A DNA stretch of 38,083 nt from an uncultured Bacteroides sp. (GCA_964465725.1 CAYXKS010000002.1:1-38083), one strand, 5' to 3'. Positions 28,655 through 37,853 are shown, counted from the first letter of the stretch. Made by a program: numbers and translations. Notes: generated by a model from the letters alone, not told the origin.

Positions 28655-29614
28655 TTAACTGAAAATACGTATCAACTCCAATGTTTCATTGTCGATTACA
28701 ACATCCGACTTCTTCAATGCATCCATAGTCTGGAAGAAAGCCTCCCTGTTTCTGACAATAAAGTACAACTTCAGTCTACAAGTAAAAGCTGAAAGTCTGT
28801 CTGGATACTGCTCTGCCAGACGAATACACCACTTCTCAGAATTTTCAAAGTCTTCTATATCCAAAAGACGCAGGCATACGCTCTCATACTGCTGTTCTGT
28901 CATTCCAGAAGGATTCTTCGCATAGAACGATTCCGCCGCTTCGACCATGATCTGCACAAATCTGTTTTGTTCAATCTTCGTAAAAACCTTCTGTTTCAGA
29001 ACCTTGTCAGTATAAGTGATCATCATATCTTCGTATTCGGTCTGATCATCCGATTCATCCCTGATGCCTAGATACAGTTTCTGTACCTCCATACGGAACT
29101 CATTCAGTTCATGGCTCAGAATAGCCGCCGCATAATGAGAAGACTCCGGATCATTCGTCTCAAGCGCCAGTGCGATAGCAGACAGTGAATCCTGTATTTC
29201 TCCTTTAAGGACATTCAACATTGCCATACGAAGACTCTTCTGGTCATTCACGGCAACAGCTTCTTCCAGCGGAATTACGTTCAGTTCTCTCTCCTCATCC
29301 GCCTTCAACTGCGTTCTCACGCGTTCCTTGCTAAAGACAACATCGTCCAGCTCCACTTGAAATCTGAAAATAGTCAGATAAAACAAATGTACGACAAAGA
29401 AGAATAAAGGCCCCACCACCGGGCATAAAATCATAACAATAAAACGCAACAAATAAGTCCTTCTGTTATCATGCAGGCGTTCAACTTCATCTTTCCTTTT
29501 TCGATTACGAATAGGAACCATAATCAGTGCGCCGATCAGCAGATAAAGGACCGCAATGATCGTATTAATCACAACAATGATGAGAAAAATATACTCATCT
29601 CCCGTCAAATTCAT
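28655..29614 (-). CDS. pelE: Gram-positive PelE-like membrane protein
   Basis: Two N-terminal TMs, IPLEEA, ALETNDPESSHYAA, helical C-terminus; ATG at 29614 overlaps the pelD stop (ATGA) after GAGAGGAGG. Confidence 0.75.
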   Translation of the reverse strand: MNLTGDEYIFLIIVVINTIIAVLYLLIGALIMVPIRNRKRKDEVERLHDNRRTYLLRFIVMILCPVVGPLFFFVVHLFYLTIFRFQVELDDVVFSKERVRTQLKADEERELNVIPLEEAVAVNDQKSLRMAMLNVLKGEIQDSLSAIALALETNDPESSHYAAAILSHELNEFRMEVQKLYLGIRDESDDQTEYEDMMITYTDKVLKQKVFTKIEQNRFVQIMVEAAESFYAKNPSGMTEQQYESVCLRLLDIEDFENSEKWCIRLAEQYPDRLSAFTCRLKLYFIVRNREAFFQTMDALKKSDVVIDNETLELIRIFS

Positions 29615-31785
29615 AGTTCTGCCTCCTCTCTGAGACAGCACTCATAGCCCGCCTTTCGGAACCGCTCAATAACACCTTCTGCACTCTTACTATCCGTATT
29701 AGATAACAAAATATAGAATTTCCCGTCGTTAAGGACTCCCATGTAATCCGTCTGACGCATATTCCTGCCCAATACCTCCGCTGCTTTTATGCGGTCTTCC
29801 GTCAATATCTCCAGCATAGCGCACTCTGTCAGTCCGTTTGTCTTTGCGCCTAAAAATGCAGAAACTAACTGTTCAAAAGCGTCCGGCGACATGATATTGG
29901 TCTGCTCCAAATAACGCTGGCTCATCAGCGCATCCATATACCGGTTCGCATTTACCACAGCGTTTTGAATCAGCGCCCCGACTATCGTCAGGCGATTCGC
30001 TTCTGAAAGCGTCATCCTCTGCCAAGGAATACCCCAAACCATCAGAATCAGTTCCATCCTATCCTCAGTATAGACAGCGCCCGCCATCAAAGGCAACTTT
30101 TCGTCCATCTTCTTATTGATAAATACCCTGTGCTCCTTCAGGTCATTATATAAATCCTCCATATTGGTATACTTAATAGAATTGCCTAATTTCTTCGCCT
30201 CTTTCGACGTAAAGGAGAACAGTCTCGCATAATCCCCATTCGCTACCGTATAGACAGCCACATCCTTACTGTCCATCAATTCCCCCAATACCTTCGCGGC
30301 ATAGAACAACACTTCTTCCGGCTCATACGCGTCCAGACTGGAAGTGATTTCATAAATCTTTCCAAGGCTGTCCCTCTGGTTAACCAACTGTGTCTCAAAG
30401 CTTTGCTTCATACGTACATTACTGTCATTGATATCCGCAATATCATCGACTTTCCGGCTCAGGTAGCGCACCTCTTCCTCATTCTCATCTTTGATGAACT
30501 GAAGCTGGTCACGCATATAACCTACCACCATTCCAATGATGAATAACTGAGCCATCCATACGTATATGTTATAATCCAGCAGCACTTCAAATCCTGTTCT
30601 CCCATACATCTGCTGCAGGAAATATCCCACCACCGCCAGCAGAGAGGAAAAGATTGCCTGCTGTTGTCCATAGACAATAGCGAACAAAAGTACATACAGA
30701 AGGAAAAAGTCCAGTCTGTTAAAATACTCGCTGCCTGCCGCCTTACTGTTCATAATGAAAAAGGGAATGAAGCAGATCAAATTCTCAACAAACGGGAATA
30801 TCCTCTTGAAGGTAACCTTAACCCCATGCCAGATTCTCCCGGCCCGGCTTCCTCCCACATCCTCCGCGCTGATAAAGGAATCCGCATGCCGTTTCATATA
30901 TTTGGCAACCTGATCTACTCCCTCTTCATAGTGAACGAATATACTCTGATCATACTCTTCCTGGTAAAGCCTCCCGTCCAACACAAGACGATAGCGATCT
31001 CCGACTGAATTATTGACCAATCTGACGCCACCACCCATCGCCTTAATGACGTACTCTGCGAGCATAACCTCATTGATCTCTTCCATGGAGGAGATATGAT
31101 AACAGGGCAGTGACGGATGCTCTTCCATCATCGCCTTATACGCCAGTTCAACCGCGTCATTCAGCCAGAGCATGGAGAATGATCTTATGTCACTGGCAGA
31201 AACTTTCCCAGTTTTCAATGCTTCCAGGCACATATTAAAACATGGGTTGTTCTCTTCCTGCCCTTTACGTGGCACGCCGTACAGATGATCGAAGCGTAGG
31301 ATCAATGTATCAATACCCTGTGTCTTCCGGTAATTCTCACAAATCTCTTCACCCTGCGCGATTGCCATGGATTTAAATCCTCTGGGTACCATCTGAATCG
31401 ATTCCGAAATATCATCGTGATGTGAACCACTGTATACTTCATGAGACGAGAAATAGACGAAACGTCCCTTGCTTACCATGGAATATGTAGATAGAATATT
31501 CATAAGCGCCGCCGTATACCGCACTGACTCCTGTCTTTCTCTATGCCAGTCAAAATTCGTGTCATATGCGCCCAGAAACACTACCATATCCGGTTTGACA
31601 CTCTCGAATATATCCTTGACACTCTCATCCTCATACGAATAATCGTATCTCTCAAATACATGCTTATAAGAGAACTTCCTATCTCTCCGGCCTGTCAATA
31701 AAAAGATCCGGTGCTTTCCTTTGTTCAACTTATCAATTACGGCATCCGCTAATCTGCTGCCACCACCAATTAATAAAACATTCAT
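29611..31785 (-). CDS. pelD: PelD-like c-di-GMP receptor with an N-terminal SDR (epimerase-like) domain
   Basis: About 300-aa Rossmann/SDR-like region, 4 TMs, coiled coil, GAF-like region, degenerate GGDEF with RQTD (RxxD) I-site and ILLSNT; first gene of the pel array. Confidence 0.82.
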   Translation of the reverse strand: MNVLLIGGGSRLADAVIDKLNKGKHRIFLLTGRRDRKFSYKHVFERYDYSYEDESVKDIFESVKPDMVVFLGAYDTNFDWHRERQESVRYTAALMNILSTYSMVSKGRFVYFSSHEVYSGSHHDDISESIQMVPRGFKSMAIAQGEEICENYRKTQGIDTLILRFDHLYGVPRKGQEENNPCFNMCLEALKTGKVSASDIRSFSMLWLNDAVELAYKAMMEEHPSLPCYHISSMEEINEVMLAEYVIKAMGGGVRLVNNSVGDRYRLVLDGRLYQEEYDQSIFVHYEEGVDQVAKYMKRHADSFISAEDVGGSRAGRIWHGVKVTFKRIFPFVENLICFIPFFIMNSKAAGSEYFNRLDFFLLYVLLFAIVYGQQQAIFSSLLAVVGYFLQQMYGRTGFEVLLDYNIYVWMAQLFIIGMVVGYMRDQLQFIKDENEEEVRYLSRKVDDIADINDSNVRMKQSFETQLVNQRDSLGKIYEITSSLDAYEPEEVLFYAAKVLGELMDSKDVAVYTVANGDYARLFSFTSKEAKKLGNSIKYTNMEDLYNDLKEHRVFINKKMDEKLPLMAGAVYTEDRMELILMVWGIPWQRMTLSEANRLTIVGALIQNAVVNANRYMDALMSQRYLEQTNIMSPDAFEQLVSAFLGAKTNGLTECAMLEILTEDRIKAAEVLGRNMRQTDYMGVLNDGKFYILLSNTDSKSAEGVIERFRKAGYECCLREEAEL

Positions 31786-32026
31786 CTACTGTCTACCCTT
31801 TAACCCTTCTTTTCGATCTCTTTATCCACTATCTTATGTCTTTCTGAGTCCTGTATTACCATGTGCAATCATCCATTCACACAAAAGCCCAGAAAGTGTC
31901 CAAACCATTCATAGTAGTACACTGCAATAAATTAGCTGAAAAGTTTTCAAATTTCTCTTGAATAAGACAATCAACAAGCTCAACATCTAACTACAATCAA
32001 TAGTAAACTACATATTAAGATATTTT

Positions 32027-32056
32027 ATTATATCACAAATAATTTTAGCATTTCAA
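32027..32056 (-). promoter_or_regulatory. Putative sigmaA promoter of the pel operon
   Basis: Minus strand TTGAAA-N18-TATAAT with extended TGn; about 240 bp upstream of pelD. Confidence 0.6.
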
Positions 32057-32148
32057 TACTATATTTATGTCCGACATTTCCTGTCGACCTCCTTTCTCAC
32101 AAAATTTCTATTCTATTGTATTGTATTTCAACCAAAAATCAAGGTGTT

Positions 32149-32190
32149 TGGCAAGAACGTCAATTTTCTGGCAAGAACGCCAGTCAATTT
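32149..32190. repeat. Short direct repeat upstream of the pel promoter
   Basis: TGGCAAGAACG at 32149-59 and 32169-79, each followed by (G)TCAATTTT. Confidence 0.7.
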
Positions 32191-32238
32191 TTGAAAATCA
32201 GGTCTTGACAAGTTAAAAAATGTCTTATTTGCATATAG

Positions 32239-32273
32239 AAAATGCGTACTGCTGATTTATACAGCAGTACGCA
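32239..32273 (-). terminator. Intrinsic terminator after the secreted-protein gene
   Basis: Perfect 12-bp stem TGCGTACTGCTG/CAGCAGTACGCA, 7-nt loop, then TTTTCT on the minus strand. Confidence 0.85.
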
Positions 32274-32308
32274 CATCGCCACACTTGACAAATCTATTCT
32301 GTTTTTAC

Positions 32309-32872
32309 TTACTGAGCTACTTCAACAAATGCAAGAACGCCGTTTGCTGTCATATCTACTACAACGTGGTCTTTTCTTACTTCTGTAACATTGTCCTCTA
32401 CCCAAGTACCATTAGCATATGCATAAACCTTAATATTCTGGCCATCAACGACACCAGGCATATAGAAGTTTACATTTGCTACGCTGTATCCGAGAGTAGC
32501 CGGACCTTTTACAGTAACAACATTCAGTACTTTACCGCCTATTGTGTTCGCAAACTTCTGTGCTACTCCTGAATAGTCAGCGCTTGCTTTCAGAACTGAG
32601 AAAGTAACGTTTGTCTGTCTGCCATCAACGATAACGTCACCACCCTGTGCAACCGGAACAGAGTCTTCCAGTAACCATGTACCTGTTACAGCGTTGTTCA
32701 TATACTCTTCTACCAACTTGTCTTCTTCAATGGCTGCTACCGTAATACTGGGGTCACCAACATTTGATGAGTCCTCCAGATAAACTGCTACAGGCGGATC
32801 ATAATCCTTTGCCATAACAGGCATAGAAAATACCATTGCTCCTACTAATGTTAATGCTAAAAATTTTTTCAT
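32309..32872 (-). CDS. Secreted beta-rich hypothetical protein (187 aa, Sec signal peptide)
   Basis: MKKFLALTLVGAMVFSMPVMA signal peptide; GAAGGGG RBS; own promoter and terminator; GCT/GTT/ACT-rich codons. Confidence 0.85.
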   Translation of the reverse strand: MKKFLALTLVGAMVFSMPVMAKDYDPPVAVYLEDSSNVGDPSITVAAIEEDKLVEEYMNNAVTGTWLLEDSVPVAQGGDVIVDGRQTNVTFSVLKASADYSGVAQKFANTIGGKVLNVVTVKGPATLGYSVANVNFYMPGVVDGQNIKVYAYANGTWVEDNVTEVRKDHVVVDMTANGVLAFVEVAQ

Positions 32873-32997
32873 TTCTCAACATCCCCTTCCTGGATTTTTA
32901 AGTGTGGTGTTTATATTTATGCCATTCAGCAAAAATATCCCTCTCACAATACATATTGTTTCATAAAAAACTGCGGCGCCTGTTTATAAACAACATT

Positions 32998-33026
32998 ATT
33001 ATATTATTTACCAATGGGGATGTCAA
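32998..33026 (-). promoter_or_regulatory. Perfect consensus sigmaA promoter for the secreted-protein gene
   Basis: Minus strand TTGACA(33026-21)-N17-TATAAT(33003-32998); palindrome TGTTTATAAACA at 32981-32992 over the predicted +1. Confidence 0.85.
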
Positions 33027-33070
33027 TTACTATTAAACAAAATTTAGCATAAAAAATGCAGCTGAAAGTT

Positions 33071-33088
33071 TGACGAAAAAATTCGACA
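33071..33088. promoter_or_regulatory. Two inverted perfect Spo0A boxes (TGNCGAA)
   Basis: TGACGAA at 33071-77 (+) and TTCGACA at 33082-88 (TGTCGAA on -), between divergent promoters. Confidence 0.6.
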
Positions 33089-33137
33089 AAGATTTTGTGT
33101 GCCATGAAAAGTGAATATTAAAGTGTTAGAAAATTGA

Positions 33138-33166
33138 TAGACTTTGTTTCACGATTATGTTATACT
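33138..33166 (+). promoter_or_regulatory. Putative sigmaA promoter for the small protein and chemoreceptor
   Basis: TAGACT-N17-TATACT with extended TG. Confidence 0.55.
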
Positions 33167-33214
33167 GAATGCGTCGCACGACAGTTTTTCATAATCGGGA
33201 GGTGAAAGTACGGC

Positions 33215-33397
33215 ATGACTGAAAAGGAAATGATACAAAGAGATATTGAGGATTTTTCCCGGGTGCAGGAATGGATGCTTTTATTAGATAAAGAGTCTGA
33301 AGCGTACAAAGCAATAAAACGCAGATATATTGATTTAAAGGTTATTCTCACTTCATGCGGCGTCAATCTCACAGAAATTGACCGAATCAAAGAGTAA
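33215..33397 (+). CDS. Small hypothetical protein (60 aa)
   Basis: GGGAGGTG RBS; helical, charged sequence ending GVNLTEIDRIKE; upstream promoter. Confidence 0.7.
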   Translation: MTEKEMIQRDIEDFSRVQEWMLLLDKESEAYKAIKRRYIDLKVILTSCGVNLTEIDRIKE

Positions 33398-33447
33398 AAA
33401 TAAAAATAAATCATAAAGAGTCCTAAGTCTGGACAGGAGGAAACAGA

Positions 33448-34866
33448 ATGAAAAACAAAAGCGATAAAATATTGCAGTCCATCAGCAGGATGGAGCCAGT
33501 CGACGGAAGCGCAGAGGCGCTTCAGATCCAGAAACGTCTGAACGAAGGACGGGATAAATTCAACCAGTTGGTAGGCGGTGTATGCAAATCAGTTATGCAG
33601 ATCAGCGCCCTTGACCTTGCCATGGGTGACAGTACCGATAAGATGGGCAATATCAGCAGCAACGTCAAGCATATATCTGAGACGGTTGTTCGCGCTTCCC
33701 AGATGACGGAAGAGAATATGAATGAAGTCGTGAATGCACATGAGGGTTTTGCCGAATCGATTGCACAAGTATCCTCCGCTGCCGGATCGATTATGGATGA
33801 TATGGAAGCCAGCAGCCAGGAAATTTCTTCCATTGTCGAGGAAGCTCAGTCTACAATCGATAAATCCGATCAAATGAAGAATGATATGCAGGAACTTCTG
33901 GAAATCATCAAAGGTATGAACGAGGTAATCAAAGGTATCAATTCCATTTCCGCGCAGACCAATATGCTTGCCCTGAACGCCTCCATCGAAGCCGCCCGGG
34001 CCGGTGAAGCAGGCAAGGGTTTTGCAGTCGTAGCTGAACAAATCAGGAGCCTGGCCGACGAGACGAAGCAGCTCACCGGCAATATGGATGGTTTCGTTGC
34101 CAAGATTGAGGCCGCTTCCAAGATGACTTGTGGGAGTCTTGACCATACCGTGGAAGAATTGGAATCCATGCGCGGTAACCTGAATAAGGTACTTTCCAAC
34201 AATGAGCACAATGTTTCCAATATTGTCAACATAACCGATTCCATTACCACCATTGCTGCCACCAGTGAAGAGATTTTTAGCGCTGTCACCAATGTACAGG
34301 ATCAGATGGGTAGACTTCGTGAAGAATGTGTTTCATTGAATGATCAGTCTGATATGCTCGGCGCTGTATCAGAAGACCTTAAGGAAAATATGAAGCCGGT
34401 ATCCCTGATCGAAAAGGATCTGGATGACTCCGCTAAATTGATGGGCCGTATGGTGGAAGATGTCTTCTACATGTTAAGCAACCGCCAGTTCATCGCCAAT
34501 GTCCAGAACGCGATCACCGCGCATCAGAACTGGTTGAAGACACTTGGAAACATGGTAAAAAACAGGGAATGTGTTCCCCTACAGACGGACGACACCAAGT
34601 GCGCTTTTGGCCATTTCTACTATGCGATGAGTCCTCGCAATAAGATGATTTCTCCACTCTGGAACGGACTGGCCGATAAACACCGCCGCTTCCATGGATA
34701 TGGCAAGAATGTTATCCTTGCTATTAAGAATCAGGATTATGCAAAGGCTGACAGTGAATACAAGTCTGCCGTAAAGCTTTCGGAAGAGCTGATCAGCGAC
34801 TTCAAGAAGATAATCGACAACGCGGAGACTCTGGAACGGGAACATCTTCAGGTATTCGCAGAGTAA
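33448..34866 (+). CDS. Soluble methyl-accepting chemotaxis protein with C-terminal CZB zinc-binding domain
   Basis: Signalling hairpin [34 protein letters not shown]; no TMs; CZB motifs [18 protein letters not shown]. Confidence 0.92.
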   Translation: MKNKSDKILQSISRMEPVDGSAEALQIQKRLNEGRDKFNQLVGGVCKSVMQISALDLAMGDSTDKMGNISSNVKHISETVVRASQMTEENMNEVVNAHEGFAESIAQVSSAAGSIMDDMEASSQEISSIVEEAQSTIDKSDQMKNDMQELLEIIKGMNEVIKGINSISAQTNMLALNASIEAARAGEAGKGFAVVAEQIRSLADETKQLTGNMDGFVAKIEAASKMTCGSLDHTVEELESMRGNLNKVLSNNEHNVSNIVNITDSITTIAATSEEIFSAVTNVQDQMGRLREECVSLNDQSDMLGAVSEDLKENMKPVSLIEKDLDDSAKLMGRMVEDVFYMLSNRQFIANVQNAITAHQNWLKTLGNMVKNRECVPLQTDDTKCAFGHFYYAMSPRNKMISPLWNGLADKHRRFHGYGKNVILAIKNQDYAKADSEYKSAVKLSEELISDFKKIIDNAETLEREHLQVFAE

Positions 34867-34899
34867 GGATCTTACATTCAGAAATTATTATATTAAATG

Positions 34900-34924
34900 A
34901 AAAGGACGCCTGTGCGTCCTTTTT
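34900..34924. terminator. Intrinsic (likely bidirectional) terminator
   Basis: AAAAGGACGC-CTGT-GCGTCCTTTT between convergent genes. Confidence 0.8.
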
Positions 34925-35055
34925 ATATTAGTACTTCATAATTGGTTCCAGCCAAATGTATCACGTAAAAACCAGTAAATTCAATGGGTTTAATTATATA
35001 TGACAGGATATTTATTATTCGATCCAGTCTCTCTTTGTATTGGCATCCAATCATT

Positions 35056-36420
35056 CTAATTTTTAAAGCTGTGGATCGGCGCCGGTATCCTTCCTCCGCG
35101 ATTGACAAAGGCATCGCAGGAGAATCCGTTCACTGGCATAATTGGCGCATAGCCGAGCAGACCACCGAATTCCACCGTCTCTCCCACTCCCTTTCCAATC
35201 ACAGGTATCAGACGTACTGCCGTAGTCTTCTGATTGACCATGCCGATTGCCATCTCATCCGCTATAATGCCGGAGAGAGTCGTCGCTTTCGTATCTCCTG
35301 GTACGGCAATCATATCAAGCCCCACGGAGCACACACAGGTCATAGCCTCCAGTTTCTCCAGGGTCAATGCGCCGGCAGAAACCGCATCAATCATTCCTTG
35401 ATCCTCGCTGACCGGAATAAAGGCGCCACTCAATCCCCCGACATAAGAGGAAGCCATCACACCGCCCTTCTTCACCTGGTCATTCAAAAGCGCAAGCGCC
35501 GCTGTCGTGCCGGGCGCACCGGCATATTCCAATCCAATCTCACACAATATGTCTGCCACAGAATCCCCGATCGCCGGCGTCGGCGCAAGGGACAGATCCA
35601 CAATGCCGAAGGGCACATTCAGGCACCTGGAAGCTTCCTTCGCCACAAGCTGTCCCACACGTGTCACTTTAAAAGCCGTCTTCTTAATCGTCTCGCACAA
35701 TACTTCAAAGTTCTCGCCCCTCACCTTTTCTAATGCCGTCTTCACCACACCCGGTCCACTGACCCCTACATTTATCACCTTATCCGCCTCGGTCACACCG
35801 TGGAATGCGCCTGCCATAAAGGGATTATCGTCGGGTGCATTGCAGAATACCACAAGCTTCGCGCATCCCAGGGAGTCTGCCTCCTTAGTCGCTTCCGCCG
35901 TCTGCAGGATAACCTCCCCCATCAGCTTCACCGCATCCATATTGATTCCTGTCTTTGTGGAACCTACATTGACAGAGCTGCATACCCTCTCTGTCACGGA
36001 AAGTGCCTTCGGTATAGATCGAATCAGCATCTCATCCGCTCTGGTCATTCCTTTGGAAACCAATGCCGAGTATCCGCCGATAAAATTGACGCCAACCTCA
36101 TGCGCCACCTTATCAAGCGTATTTGCAATAGATACAAAGTCCTCCGGCGTCTTGCACGCCGCTCCACCGATCAGTGAGATCGGAGTCACAGAGATTCTTT
36201 TGTTGACAATCGGAATCCCGTATTCTCCTGAGATATATTCCCCGGTGGCAACCAAATCTTTTGCAGCGTCATAAATCTTATGGTATATCTTTTCATTGAC
36301 CAGCTTTAAATCTGCGTCGATACAATCCAGCAGACTAATTCCCAACGTGATCGTCCTCACATCAAGATTTTCTTTCTCTATCATTTCATTTGTTTCCGCT
36401 ACTTCGAATATATTAATCAT
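35056..36420 (-). CDS. UPF0210/DUF711 (PFL-like) family protein, 454 aa
   Basis: [58 protein letters not shown]; true start likely MINIFE at 36420 after GGAG. Confidence 0.92.
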   Translation of the reverse strand: MINIFEVAETNEMIEKENLDVRTITLGISLLDCIDADLKLVNEKIYHKIYDAAKDLVATGEYISGEYGIPIVNKRISVTPISLIGGAACKTPEDFVSIANTLDKVAHEVGVNFIGGYSALVSKGMTRADEMLIRSIPKALSVTERVCSSVNVGSTKTGINMDAVKLMGEVILQTAEATKEADSLGCAKLVVFCNAPDDNPFMAGAFHGVTEADKVINVGVSGPGVVKTALEKVRGENFEVLCETIKKTAFKVTRVGQLVAKEASRCLNVPFGIVDLSLAPTPAIGDSVADILCEIGLEYAGAPGTTAALALLNDQVKKGGVMASSYVGGLSGAFIPVSEDQGMIDAVSAGALTLEKLEAMTCVCSVGLDMIAVPGDTKATTLSGIIADEMAIGMVNQKTTAVRLIPVIGKGVGETVEFGGLLGYAPIMPVNGFSCDAFVNRGGRIPAPIHSFKN

Positions 36421-36604
36421 ATTAATCTCCATTCCGCAGCCTTTGTCTATCTGCCTCTTCACACCAACCATCCATTCCACAGCTGTTGGCACCTGCTTTT
36501 CCACTCTAACCACCCATTCTGCCATCAACGCTGGTAGCACAAACAGTCATGCAAAAAGTTACATTACCAATAGATGTAATAGTAAAGGCTTACAGCTCAA
36601 CCGG

Positions 36605-36877
36605 CTAAATCCTGTGCATCTGGTTAAAAATCTCTTCCTTCTGGCATTTAATGATAACGCCTATACTTTCCCCCAGCTGCTCCAATTCCCTGGCAATCAC
36701 TCCGAAATCCTTCTCGGTCTGATTCGTATCCACTACCATCATCATATTGAAAAAGCCCTGCACAATCGTCTGGGAGATATCAAGTATATTGATCTGATTG
36801 TCCGCCAGATAAGTACACACCTTCGCAATAATACCTACCGTATCTTTTCCTACCACAGTGATGATTGTTTTTTTCAT
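36605..36877 (-). CDS. ACT domain protein (UPF0237)
   Basis: IITVVGKDTVGIIAKV...NILDISQTI...IFNQMHRI; usual partner upstream of DUF711. Confidence 0.92.
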   Translation of the reverse strand: MKKTIITVVGKDTVGIIAKVCTYLADNQINILDISQTIVQGFFNMMMVVDTNQTEKDFGVIARELEQLGESIGVIIKCQKEEIFNQMHRI

Positions 36878-36933
36878 AGTATCCTCCGTTTATCGTTTAC
36901 TCTTTCTATCAAATATCATCAAGTTAAATCAGT

Positions 36934-37731
36934 CTATATTTCTATCATCTGCGAAACTTCACTTCTCTTAGCCACATACAGAGGAAAATCATCCGCCTTG
37001 TATTTCGTATCTGACATGGTCACTTCCACTCTGACCGTCTCATAGGCAAGTTCCGGCAGATTATTCTCCAGACTCAGATGCCCTAAAACCACGGCTTTCA
37101 TATCATCATGCAGCAGCCTGCTTAAGAGTTTTCCTGCCGCTTCATTGGATAGGTGGCCTTTTTTACCCAGAATACGCTGCTTTAAATAATAGGGATAGGG
37201 ACCCACCTGCAGCATATTGATGTCATGATTTGCCTCCAGGTAAAGAACATCCAAATCCTTCAGGCATTCCACCGTGTAGTCATTGTAACAGCCCAGGTCG
37301 GTGATGATGCCTATCTTTTTCCTGTCATGATTAATCCGGTAAGCAACAGGCTCCACTGCATCATGAGATGTCCTTATAGGATAGAGTGTCACATCCTTTA
37401 CCGTCAGCTTCTCATCCGCACTGACATAATGAATCAATTCTTCATCGATCGTTCCCAGAGAATGGTTGGCCCTGATCGCGCTGATCGTTCCCTTCGTGCC
37501 ATACACAGGCACTCCATACTTTCTCGCCAGAACTCCAAGTCCGTTTATATGGTCTGCATGTTCATGGGTCAGGAAAATACCATCAATATCCTGCATCCTG
37601 ATTCCCAGTTCCTTTAGTCCCGCCTCCGTTTTCTTTCCGCTAATTCCCACATCCACCAGCAAATGCGTGGCATCCGTCCCCACATAGATACAATTCCCGC
37701 TGCTCCCGCTGGCAATACTGCATAATCTCAT
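36934..37731 (-). CDS. Metallo-beta-lactamase-fold hydrolase, YycJ/WalJ-like
   Basis: IASGSSGN, THEHADH, SHDA, TDLG, EANHD, GHLSN, HLSLENN. Confidence 0.9.
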   Translation of the reverse strand: MRLCSIASGSSGNCIYVGTDATHLLVDVGISGKKTEAGLKELGIRMQDIDGIFLTHEHADHINGLGVLARKYGVPVYGTKGTISAIRANHSLGTIDEELIHYVSADEKLTVKDVTLYPIRTSHDAVEPVAYRINHDRKKIGIITDLGCYNDYTVECLKDLDVLYLEANHDINMLQVGPYPYYLKQRILGKKGHLSNEAAGKLLSRLLHDDMKAVVLGHLSLENNLPELAYETVRVEVTMSDTKYKADDFPLYVAKRSEVSQMIEI

Positions 37732-37740
37732 AATTTTCTT

Positions 37741-37812
37741 CTTTCTATATTTATTCTCTTTCTGTATTTATTTCTGTACTTATTCTCTTTCTGCATTTTA
37801 TTCTTTTTCTGA
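37741..37812. repeat. Degenerate tandem repeat, about 17-bp unit TTTATTCTCTTTCTGYA
   Basis: About four imperfect copies visible in the intergenic region. Confidence 0.55.
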
Positions 37813-37853
37813 ATGATCTCTCTGTTCTTTCTCTTGCGGAAAATATACGCGCT

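Noticed and set aside
32149-32180. sigma54 promoter suggested by TGGCA
   Set aside because: The TTGC -12 element is missing at the required spacing in both copies.
31786-33200. c-di-GMP (GEMM) riboswitch upstream of pel or the secreted protein
   Set aside because: No GGCAAA...GAAA...GACGCAAAG-type core was found on either strand by eye.
34925-35055. Possible attachment site or integrase end (AAACCAGTAAATTCAATGGGTTT imperfect hairpin)
   Set aside because: No tRNA, integrase or matching second copy in the window.
36421-36540. 40-aa N-terminal extension of the DUF711 protein in the ORF track
   Set aside because: The family begins at MINIFE and a GGAG RBS precedes ATG 36420; the extension covers weakly repetitive intergenic DNA.
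34984-37045. Long plus-strand ORFs (249, 255, 249 aa) opposite DUF711 and ACT genes
   Set aside because: Antisense shadows of well-conserved minus-strand genes, with no motifs or RBS.
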